This document shows positions 1 through 12,000 of a DNA stretch of 64,000 nucleotides, piece after piece. Position 1 is the stretch's first letter. Each line of letters opens with the position of its first letter. This DNA is from Orbicella franksi. Its lineage: Eukaryota. The notes beneath the pieces are model-generated. The model made no database searches. It was not told the DNA's origin and saw only the letters and a program-made list of their open reading frames with translations. Location: the NCBI GenBank assembly GCA_964199315.1, contig OZ116704.1:26660001-26724000 (forward strand), read 5' to 3'. The translations under genes and the position numbers were made by a program.

Positions 1-378
1 GATTCTGAAACACTTAAGACACCAATAGACTTGCCTTTTGCAAGGTCTATAGATCAACCGGAATGCATTATATAGGTAGTAATTTAGTTCATTCGTTCGT
101 TTGTGCGTTCATTCGTTCATTCATTCAGTCAGTCATTTAATGTCAATAATACGGAGCGCGCTTGTGCAATCACCTGGGTCAGAGGTCCGTGTTTAAAGTG
201 CTTGACAACACATATAATAAAATACTTGACGTAATCCAAGATGGAGCTAAAATGGTACACGAGGTGAACAATGAAATATCACCGCTTGGTAACACAGGGC
301 AGCTAAGATTAGACTGAGTTCTCCGAACGTTAAACTCAACAAACGGTAAAATTCTGTTGTGGCATTAAGTCAACTTAC

Positions 379-543
379 CAGGTGGTCCAGGTTCACCAGG
401 TGTGGTATTCCCAGGGGCGCCTTGGCTGCCAGCGTCACCAACAGGTCCGGGAAAGCCATCGAAGCCTGGCACCCCATCTACTCCGTTGCTCCCAGGCTTT
501 CCTTTTTCACCTGGCAGGTCAGGTCCAGGATCACCAAAAGGAC
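379..543 (-). CDS. collagen exon 35
   Basis: (G)[17 protein letters not shown]...GEPGPP(G); acceptor TCTAG, donor GTAAGT; phase 1-1. Confidence 0.92.
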
Positions 544-3004
544 CTAGACACCAAAAGAAAAAGAAATCATGGGTGCACAGCAGGAGATAATATTTTGATG
601 AAAATTGATCCTGTTAAAGGTATGTTATTGTCAGACAGATTCTAAATAGATTGTAGTATAGTTCCACTGTCTTGGAAAGCAATCTAAAAATGATTTACTG
701 ATGAACTCCAAGTTAATGAAGAAAAATAATCACATTTATTACATCTCTCAGACACTACGCGTGCTGTGATAGGTCAGTTAAGTGTGCCATCTTCTACTGT
801 ATGGCCCCTAAAATTTAAAGCTGATTTTGTTGCCAAAATACCGTAGAATTCCGAAAGTAACGGCCCCCGTTACTTTTGGATTTAGCAGGCAAAAGGGGCC
901 GCTACTTTCGGGTAGCCGTTATTTACGGGTAGCCATAACTTTCGGATGGTTAATAACGTTTGCACAGTAATAGTCGTTTCAGACAAAGCGGACGTGTAAC
1001 ACAAGAAATCAAACGTTCCGTTTATGCATGTTTCCAACTACCCGCATAAACAAAGCAGACTGCACAAACCAAAAGAAGGCTCTAAACCCGTTGGTACTAT
1101 AGGTCGAAAGTATGATGATCGCATTATATCGCAATGAATTTATCATTTGACTCTGCCTCTAGACAAATACAGCTTATAAATCATAGTTTCATTAAAATTT
1201 TAGTCAAGTTCGAAATAATATCACAGATAACACTCTTCAAGTCTATGTTCAGTCCTGCATTCAGGCTGTTCCGCGGCATGATCCACGCTTGAGAACAGAG
1301 ACTTTCTCTTTTAGTGACTTCTTCAAAGGGCCGCTACTGCTACTTTCGGGGGAACCGTTACTTTCGGGGAGCCGTCGTTTATTTATTTATTTATTTTTTT
1401 TTTTTTTGGGGGGGGGGGGGGCGTTACTTTCGGAATTCTACGGTACGGAATTAAAGTAACCACAATGGAGACACTAAAGACAAAATTGTTTAAACAGTGA
1501 ATTTATATTGTACCTTGAAATCTCTCAATACTCTAACGGCATTTAATTTGTTTACCTCTGCCAAAACTATCCCAAAACTAAATATGAAACGAAATGGAAA
1601 TTTCAAATATAAATTTTAATAATTAACTGTCATGGTTTATGTTCTCCACACGACACCAAATTTGGTCATTTTATACTGTTGTTTGCAGAGGATAACAAAG
1701 AAATGTACCAAGAATTATAACACACATGTACAGCCATTGTACTCCACACTGAAACTTTTGTTTTTCGACGTTCGTATTGCCGTTGCAGTTGTGATTTTCT
1801 TAAACTCGACCCCTATGTTGTGATTTATTGCCAAGTGTTCTCAACTTTCATAGCAAGCAAATGTTTAAAATTTTCACTTACATTAAATTATGTATTAGGA
1901 CGTGCTTACAACTTACAACGATTTCCAATTGGCTTATTTTGCTATTGACGTGCGTCAATCATTTCAAGCTGTTCCGAATAGAAATTGTTTCCCGAACTCG
2001 TAAGATACAAACAGCAGAGATATAATAAATATTATATTAACCAAACTATGAATTAATTTGCAGAGTTTGCAAAGTTACCAAATAATTGTGTACGCGCTTG
2101 CACAGGATTTTAAGCTGACAAATAGACAATATAGTTATTATTTCAAAATACAACAAAATACACCCTATCAGACAGAAAAAAAAAAAATTTGAAAAGCACC
2201 TTGGATGCCCGGATCTCCAGGAAAACCAATTACACCCTTTGATCCTGGCAAACCACGAACGCCATCATCACCATCCATTCCTGGAATTCCGCTAAGTCCA
2301 ATAGGACCAGCATCACCTTGAAGAGAATAAAATTAATTGTCATTCATTAGTAAAAATCTACTGGCATTCTATCACCTTGAAGAGAATAAATTATCATTCA
2401 TTAGTAACTATCACAAATGCCGGCCATTTCCTTATTAGCTGTGCTACTCTCTATCAATTCTGTTGCAGATACTGAGTAGCGTAGCATTGTGCCCTTGTTA
2501 ACAAAATGACGGCCGCCTCTTTACGTTTTCGAAGTGTCTGTGAAGAGGATTGACATAAAGTTTTGAACGACTAGCAGATTTATACTGAAACAATTAGATA
2601 TTCACTCTCAGTTTTTATGAGTAGTATACAGTTGACGAGTGTGCAGCTCGATTCAACTATTAAGCAATTAGATTATGAGCTCAAGATTTCTATCGCGTGA
2701 TTACATTGCTCGCTCTCGATTTCTATCCATGATAGTTGACTTGGGCTGCGCCCTCGTCAACTATCAAGGATAGAAATCGAGAGCGAATAATCTAATTGTT
2801 TTAGTATAAATCTACTAGTCGTTCAAAACGTTATCTAAATCCTCTTCACAGACACCTCGAAAACGCAAAGAAGCGGCCGTCATTTTGTTAAAAAGCGCAC
2901 ACTGCTACGCTACTCACTATCTATCACAGAATAGATAGTGAGTAGCATAGCCAATCAGAGAACGGCATTAGTGATAGGGTTGTCGTTCTTAATTAACCCG
3001 TTTT

Positions 3005-3055
<51 letters not shown>

Positions 3056-6000
3056 CATGACGCGACTTAGATCTTGTTTCGTTGTTGTTGTTGGCATGAT
3101 GGGACCTATTTTTCTGGGATGCTAGTTCCTTATAAGTTATCCTTTAGCATGATTGCTGTAATAATTGTCTGGGACATTAATAATAACATTCATAATCTTG
3201 GGTGGAGAGAGGCGCTGTCTAAGTATATAGTGTCTTGTCCAAGAACAAAACCCACTAATCCTGCCAGAGTCCAGTTTGTTCGATAATAACTAACCAGCGC
3301 TGTGTCTCCTCGCCTAATGACACAATAGAGGGAAACATAAACACGGGAGCACATTCAGTTAGTACCTGGATCACCATTGGCTCCAGTCTCTCCACGAGGT
3401 CCAAGTGGTCCTATAGGCCCTGCATCTCCCGTGTCTCCTTTAAACCCAGCTGCTCCTTGGAAGCCGTCATCCCCCTTAAGCCCGTCAAGTCCATTCAAAC
3501 CTGGTTCTCCGGGGGGGCCTGGGTCACCAGGATCACCTCTGACTCCTTTTGAGCCTGGTGTTGCTTCACCTGAAAATGACAACACAACACGACTGCTGTG
3601 ACAACATTGTTTGCGTCAATTTTGTAGTGAAGAATCAGGACACATACAAGCTGTAATGTCCAGCTTGATGCCATTGTTGATCTCTACAGAACAATAGTGT
3701 TATTCTCCTAATTTTGATTCCTATAACACTGATTGTTATGATGATTGTTATACATTGAATTATTCGGCTTCAGCTGATAACCCCTACCTCGACCTTGATT
3801 ATTCTGGATATCACAAAAACCTCATCCAATAATTGTTAAACATATGTGAGAAGTAAATGGTAGTTCAAAATAATATCTCCTATGTTAATTGTCACACTAT
3901 TGTTATAAAATAGTACACATCATTGTTGAGTCACATTTTGCCAGCAAACCATAAAGTAAAACTGAGCAAAAAGTGTTAAAGGGTAAGTGTCTTAATACAG
4001 AATATAGCTGGAATTAACTGTATACCTACAACTTAAGGTAAGAAGAATCATCCAAGGGATACAAACAATATCAAAGAGGGCTGAAAATGTCCGGAGCTCA
4101 CTTTCAAATTTCAAGTCATAAAAGCAAACTAACCACAAGGAGGATACGTTATGCTGTATAATTATAAGGATATACAGAATCCCAAGAGGACTTAAAAAAG
4201 TTCAAGCTTAACAAATGTTTTATCCTGTCTCATCCTCCCTAATCAAAAGCCCTATGCCTGGGCTGCCTCGTGTAAGTTGTTTAATGCAAAGAAATCCACT
4301 GCCAAACCAAACAAGCATAATGCAAGCGTAACGCTAGATTAAGTAGACAGGATACGTTTTCACTTCCGTTAATTTTACGAATAAAATTCAATCTGCCTCC
4401 ATCTGGCCTAATTCGACTCTTACTGGAAATTAATTTCATAGGTTTACACCTGTTTGCTTGCTCTCAAAAAGTGCAAATTATATGATAGTTTTTAATTGGC
4501 TCATTGTAATCCCTGGATTTTTCCTGTCTTTGGGTTACATTTCGCAAAATATGCGCTTTTAGAGGTTAGTTTTTAATCCAGTCATTGTCATCTTTAGATT
4601 TTTCTGCATCACTGAAACCCGTCACTTCAACGTTTTAAGCCTGTTATTTGTTGTCAAATTTGGTTTAAACACAAGCGAGTTGCGTGAACCGAGGGCTCGG
4701 ACGCTAACAAAATAAAATGCTAAAAACAGCTTGTCACAAATAGCTACAACGGCTTGAGTCTTCAAGGTCTACATCCCAGTCCCCGTGAAAAATAGTGTCT
4801 CGAATCTGTAGAGCAGGGTTGAAACTTGCATTTCCAAAATAAATAGCAAAATCAATTGCAAAATCAATAGCACCAAACGTCAATTCATCGGCGGTTGTAT
4901 ACCTGTCTTTTATAGATCTTTATAGTCAAAACTGATTAACTCTCAAATTGCCAGAACCGCCCTTTACAGGTATCTCACATTAGGAACGCAAAGAACGGTT
5001 ACACAAGAATGTCTTATACAGGAATGCACCAAAGTCATATCCATATCCTCGTTGCCTGGTGTCCGTGTCCACATGACTTTGGTCACGTGGACATGAGGCA
5101 AAACCTGGAAATGACAGAGCTTCCAATTCCCTGTCTGAGATGAATGCGATTACCATGATTCCCTGCAGGCGCATTTCATAGGGGGAATTGACCATTTGAT
5201 CACTGAAGATTTTTAACACTGCAACACTTAAATACTCCAATTTGTGGAGTTTTTTAATGTAAAAGTAACCTTTGGTTAGTACGGACCAAGAGCAGGTAAC
5301 ATTTTTGCTAATGGTCAACCACTGGTCAACATTATTCTATAATTTAGCCATTGAATGTTACCATAAATCAACCAATAGGAATGTGCATTAGATTCAACTA
5401 AACAACAGCTGTATAACAAGGTTCTTTACTGAGTGACGTTCCTACCTGGTGGTCCTTCATCGCCTTTAAATCCTTTATCTCCCACCATGCCTTTAGGGCC
5501 TGGAGGTCCTGTCTGACCAGCTGGACCTGTCGGACCTTGGTTGCCGAACATCCCAGGGAGACCCTCAACACCGACAATCCCTGGGATTCCTTTAAAACCT
5601 TTAGGTCCGTCCCTGCCGGGTTCACCTACCGGTCCTAAAGAAAAAAAGTACAACTGGGCTGCAGTCATCAGGGTGTCATCATACTCAAAAACAATGATCC
5701 TATCTTACACATTGGAGTAAACTACAATTGATTATTAGCGTTGTACAGTTGTACACTTTCTCACATCAATAATAAAATTCTCATATGATACTCATTGTAT
5801 AATAGAGTAGTACTTCCCAGTAGAATTGTTCGAGTAGTCACAGTTATAATCTACTCAATTATATGGTCCTAATATCATTATACCAAAACGTTTTAACAAT
5901 AATATGACCCCCTGAATGAAGAGATAAAATTTCATTGAAACAACAATGATAATGACAGCAAATAAACAACCGCAACATTGCTGGGTTGTAAAAGCGTTAT

Positions 6001-9000
6001 TGAGCCCATATATTCTTCAAAATATTTGGGGATTCTAAATCTAAATTAATCAGAAAGATTTCCCTGAACAACAAGCTCCAAGTAAAGTAAAATCTTTTTT
6101 CTCGGTCTGCCAAATTTTATGGAATTTCACCAAAGGAAATGCGAGAACATTCACTGGCAACCCATGCATTTTCCTTGGAAACTAAAGAGAGCCACCTTAA
6201 GATGCTGGCTGGAAGACCACTCTAAATTTGTGTGTGTGTTTTACTTGTGATCTCTAAGCTCTCTTCTTGCATTCTGCTGAAATCTGCAGAGTAAAGTCAG
6301 AGAGGGAGAAAGAAATCAGGGAGTTCAGTAACATACATACCTCTGCAGCTCTTTTCTACTGTGGTCCTGACCAGTCCTAGAAGTTCATCAAAAGTTTTTG
6401 GGGTCAAAATGTCTTCCGGGCTATCTACTAATGTAGACAGCTGATTCCTATCAACACTCCCAATACCAATTGCAATTACTTTCACTCCCAGATCTTTGAT
6501 TGGTTGAACAGCATCAACAAGGGGTGTTTGATCAGGAGCAATATCAGTTCCTGTTTGATTACCATCTGTTAGCAGGACCATGACCTAAGAGGTGGGAGAC
6601 AAATCATGATATCATAAACATTCGAAGATATTAACTAGCTCCTTTAACTTCAGGTAGAAACAAATCCTGTCCATAACTGAAGTCCCCGAGGAAAAGCAAG
6701 CTCAGTTAAACAGCATTTGACTTGTTTTACTTGTATCATTGGACATCCCCACTAGAAATTCAGTCTTGAATTTATTCAGTCCACTAGAAATTCAATCTTG
6801 ATCAGATCAGATCAGATCAGATCAAATCAAATCAAGACTTTATTTATCCACGGTAAAGATTAAAGCTATATGCTTATGGGGCCGTGCACTAAAATAAAAG
6901 AAAAAATAATCAACACTGTAACCTACTATTACTACAATTAATTCAAAAATATGTTTTTAAAAAATCATACAATTAAACCTTCTATCTACAATTACTAAAT
7001 CCTCTTTTTACCGTTCCCAACCTCCCCCTAATCTAAACTCCCCTGGGAGTCTCATCACAAGATTATATTCTGGTTGCTATTTAAGTTCGCTTCCCCTGGG
7101 AGTTTGAGACCTCATGGTTCTGCTGTAGGTTTAGCTCTTCTGAAAAGGGAGGTATAAGGTTCTTGGTGAACTAAAAACGAGGAGTATAATAAAAGGTTCA
7201 ATTAATCACCACACTAGTATAAATTAGCACTACTATGGGAGTTCTATTTTATGGACATCTTGATAAACATCACATTCTCCTCATTCAAGTAACAAATTGG
7301 TGTCAGTTTTTCATGTGTCTGTCCTGTTATTGATCATGAATTTTCTGATAACATTATCAAAGTAGCTGTGGATTGACAATGAATTTGACAACGCTATGAT
7401 GAAAGTCGTTGTCAAAAACAGGACAGATACGTGAAACACTTGCGTCAATTTGGCGAAAAACTGATGTCATTGTTTGCTCTCGCTCATTGCATAAATGATA
7501 GATTTGTGTGTCTGTCCACTGACAATAAAAATTAGCCAATCAGTGTGAGAATTTCTGCAGTTGCTGTAAAAATAACGTTTTATTATATGGCAAAGCTCAC
7601 TATTTTGGCTCAAAATAGTTTCCAGCACTTAGATTTTGATGGGTCGTTATAACCACTCGTTATCACTTGATGCTATAATCATGGTATCGAAAAACTGCTC
7701 AATCGTTGGTGAACACATTGTTATCATTTTCATGACACAATAGGTTACCATAGCAACAGTATGACCTGCTAAAAACACCCTTAATTACAGCTTTAGGGGC
7801 TTATAATCAAATTTGATAAGCATGATAAGACACAAATTTTGGCAAAGTTTAAAAAAATTCTGTACAAAGGGTTCAGAGCCACCTTAACTTTGAAAATTTA
7901 AGGTGGCTCTGAACCCTTTGTACAGAATTTTTTCAAATTTTGCCAAAAATTGCGTCTTATCACGCTCATCAAAATTTGATAATATAACAAGATTTCACAG
8001 TGCCGTTTTAGAATTATCAGCCCATGAAGCTGTAATTAAGGGCGTTTTTAGCAGGTCGTACTGTTGCTATGCTAACCTATTCTGTCACGAAAATGATAAC
8101 AATGTGTAATCAGCAATGATTAGGCAATTTTTTGATACCACGATTGTAGAATCAAGTGATTACAAGTGGTTATAATGACCCATCAAAATTTAAGTGCCGG
8201 AAACTGTTTTGAGCCACGTTAAGCTGGCAAGATGAACCAAATCCTGTGCTGGGAAGATGGCACTATCTTGCCTGCTCGGGATTAGGTGCTATGCCCTGCC
8301 AGAAAACTTTCCCCAAAGTCGAAGTAGGTTCCCATAAAGTAAATCCGCCATTGACCACCCCTTGTTTGATCAAGGTGACTTGAAATTGGCCTCATGTTTT
8401 TTTGCATGCTTTTGGACCTGACTCCATAAGTTCCAAATCTGCCACCTTGAGTAATAACTAAATCTATACTGCATACTTTTGAATAGTCAAATAAACAGTT
8501 AAATAGTTGAAACACAAAATAATTTGAAATTTGGAAGGAATGGTAATTTCACTTGACAAGGCTCCAAACAGAATAACTGTAAAACAACACTGTTGAAACA
8601 TATCACCATACAGTAGGTAATAATTGAGATCTGACCTTTAGTAACATACTTTACCTTTCTAGAATTTTGTCTCATTCCGCCTTCTTCTGTAAATAATTCT
8701 TCAGAGGCAACCTTTAGGGCCAAATCAATTCGCGTAATACCAGCTGTATGAGGTACATCATCCACACGCTTTTTTATGTCTTCTTTGTCGTAGGATGTGT
8801 TAAAGCTAATCTGCATTTTGGCACTTCCGCTGTATTCAATGAGGCCAACATGAGTAAGGGCACGGCCAATACTGAGATAGTCAACTACTCCGTTAATAAA
8901 TTGTTTCAATTTAGCAAACTCGTCTGAGAGAATACTACCAGATGCATCCACAAGGAATGAATAATCAGCATTTTCTTGACCACACACTAAGAATGAAAAG

Positions 9001-12000
9001 AAAATAGAAATTATCTCAACATTTAAGAAACATCAGACATTTGGCCATGTAAAGTGGCTACCATGCAGATTAAATACCTCTTACTAACCGAGTTTGAAGG
9101 CCGTACTGTAAGTTACGGACCGAGTTTTTCCCCATCGATTTATGGCCCAAACAAAGCGCGCGGGCCATAAATTGACGGGGTAAAACGAGGATCCGTAACT
9201 TACAGTACGAACTGAAAAAACGTGGTTAGTAAGACATATATTATATCTCTACTGTGTGTCTGACAGCTCGGCTGTTCACGTGGAACAGCTTCAAATTTCT
9301 GACGCACCTCGAAAGCAAAGCAACTCAATTTGAACTGACCGTTTGAAATCGTTAGTAGGTATTAATACACAATTTTGTTCTTTTACTTGCTAAAGAAGTT
9401 AAGAACACTTGCAATTGTCGATAAACCATGAAACATTTTGGCAACAAAAACAGCTTCAAATTTTAGCGGGCCGTACAGTAGATTACGGCCTGCTAAATTG
9501 ACCAATCACAGCATGTGTACTAACTGAGATATAATAAGAATGTTTACGTAATCCTGAAAGAATTTTCCCTAAGGAGAGTCACATGTAAATGGTTCTGCAA
9601 TATCACAAAAGGTCGATAACCTTACTGTTTTATTAATCTACAAAATAAAATGTGAAATAGCCAGACGATTTTGTGCATTTTTCTTCTGCAATAGGCCTTT
9701 TTGCAACAGTTGGTAATGTGACTGATTATATCTAAACTTTGAGCTACAGCTAAAGGAATTTCAGAACTGGAAAGAGCCAGAACACCAATTTTCAGACCAA
9801 TGCTATGTAAGGTTGACATTTAATGACAATTTGAATATTGCAAAAATTAGAAGGTTTTGTATGGACGCAAGGAAGCTTTGCCCTCCAGAAACATTTTATG
9901 TTATTAATCACTACAAAAGGAAGCTGCTGGCAAATAACTACAGTGGAACCCCGCCTTACGACCACCCTGTTATTACGGCCACTTTATTCTGGCCCCAAAA
10001 AAGCTCAGTCAGTCATTTTCTTATTTAAAGAACCCCTTTAATACGACCACCATGTTAATGCGACCAATTTTCCATGGCCCGAAGGTGGTCGTATTAACAT
10101 GGTTCCACTGTATAGGGGATAGGAAGAGAGGAAAAATACTAGCAACAATGAAAAATTCTAGATTCTTAAACTGAAAGGAACAGACAGTAGGCCAATGATG
10201 ATTGTAATGTCTTATGGTTACATTTACCACTACATATGAAGATAATAATTGGTATCACTCACAAATTACTCCTGTCTGGCCTTTCTCGCCCTGCGGTCCA
10301 GCAGCACCTGTGTTGCCAACAGGCCCGACATCACCTGTTCGTCCAGGTGGTCCAACCGGGCCAGGGCTTCCGCTGCTTCCTTTTTTGCCTTGTACTCCAG
10401 GTTCTCCTTTCTCACCTGAAAACGGTTTCATTCAAATTTCAGAAGATAAAAATGCTGCCAGGCAGAGTAACTCAAGCACAAAACAGTCTCCCTTGTATAC
10501 AGGGTATGATTTATCTACTTTACCATTTTGTCCTAATTCAGTTGACAAAGAAATTTGCCTACTTAATTTTGGTAGTCAACATGGCTAGTACCTAAGGGAA
10601 TTTCACCAGCCAAAACTGAAAATCCAGTGGTATTTGGCTAGTAGACCACCGCCAAGGTCGAGTCCAGCTAACCCCACTGACACATTACCCTTACCCTGTA
10701 GGATACCTTGGGAGGTGAGCTGTGGCTTAGTTACCATGGTGACCTCCTTGCTGCTGCGGGGATTGTTGCTATCCTTTGTCTCTACCTTAACAGTACCTAC
10801 CCTCCAAGACTTCAAATTGGGTTTGAGTTTTAAGGGGGCATTGTCCTTATGTCAGGTAATAAGTCTATTTACTAAGCTTGCCTACTGTAACTATCAGTCT
10901 TTGTGCTGTTTAAGTGTTCTTGTTCTGGAAATTAGTTAACATCCAGTTCAAAGATGCTGTACCATACCAGGGGTAACCTCAATGTACAAAATACCTTTTG
11001 TTGGGACACCTGGTAGTCCCATGACCCCAGGGTCTCCTGGGGGCCCACTTATACTGTCACCAGGTTCTCCTTTCCGTCCCCGTGGACCCTTAAAGCCAGG
11101 GGGTCCTGGCAGTCCAGTGCCATTTGCTGGTAATCCTTTTGGACCTAGAGATCCACCTTCTCCTGGACCACCTGGCACACCAGGCAATCCAACAGTGCCA
11201 GGTTCACCTTTGATCCCTGATGAAACAGATTGAACATGTTCATACCTCAGCAACAACCATTATAACAAATTGGAATAGTTTTATAAGAAATTAATGCATG
11301 CTTGATGTATAGAAATGCCAGTAGACATATGTTAGTGTCTTCAGGTGCATTTTTAGACCTCAAAAGTATATAACTTTGTAATAGAACAACACAACAAAAA
11401 GTCCATTTAAGAGCACAAAACAAATACCAAAATACTGCTACTTATGGCTGTTGTGTCCACTAAGGTGGCTGACAAAAGTTTCTGGCACTTTCCAGCAGTT
11501 ACACTTGGATGGATAATACCACCACTCTTAATGAGGAGATGTTACAAATTATTAGCACTGCACAAATGCTCAATCATTAGTGATTTATCTTTATGGCATA
11601 CTACTGTAGGCTACCATGGTGAGAGTACATGTTAAAAACATCCTTAATTTGGCTTCAACTCAAAACTGGCACTCAAAGCTAAAACTTATGGTGTTTCTAC
11701 CTGGTAATAGGTTTTACTGTTGCTATGGTTAACTAGCTATAATGCCATGAAGATGGCCACAACTCGTTCAGCAACAATGGGGCTTTTTTTTTTTTGTAAC
11801 TGCCAAAAACTGTTGTCAAGTTAGGAATGCACATAGTGGTTAACCCTCCCTCATGCAAGAATTTCCACTATGCCATTGATTAGGGGTGTGTGGATTTTTC
11901 TGATTTACAACCAGTGGATAAAACGAATGTAAATAAAACACCTTTGCGTCCTTTAAGTCCATCTTCTCCCTTTGTTCCATTTGGTCCATCTCTGCTGTCA

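Noticed and set aside
4980-5318. 112-aa minus-strand ORF in intron 32
   Set aside because: No recognisable motif and no need for it in the gene model
6341-8986. vWA exons as a separate nested gene, or the host as collagen VI/XXVIII
   Set aside because: No start or stop of their own; phases match the flanking collagen exons; the N-terminus is 7S-like. Not formally excluded without cDNA.
9626-10170. Linker microexon candidates (9626-9637, 10140-10170) or a GA donor before the vWA
   Set aside because: The strong GTGAGT donor at 10263 solves the phase without them
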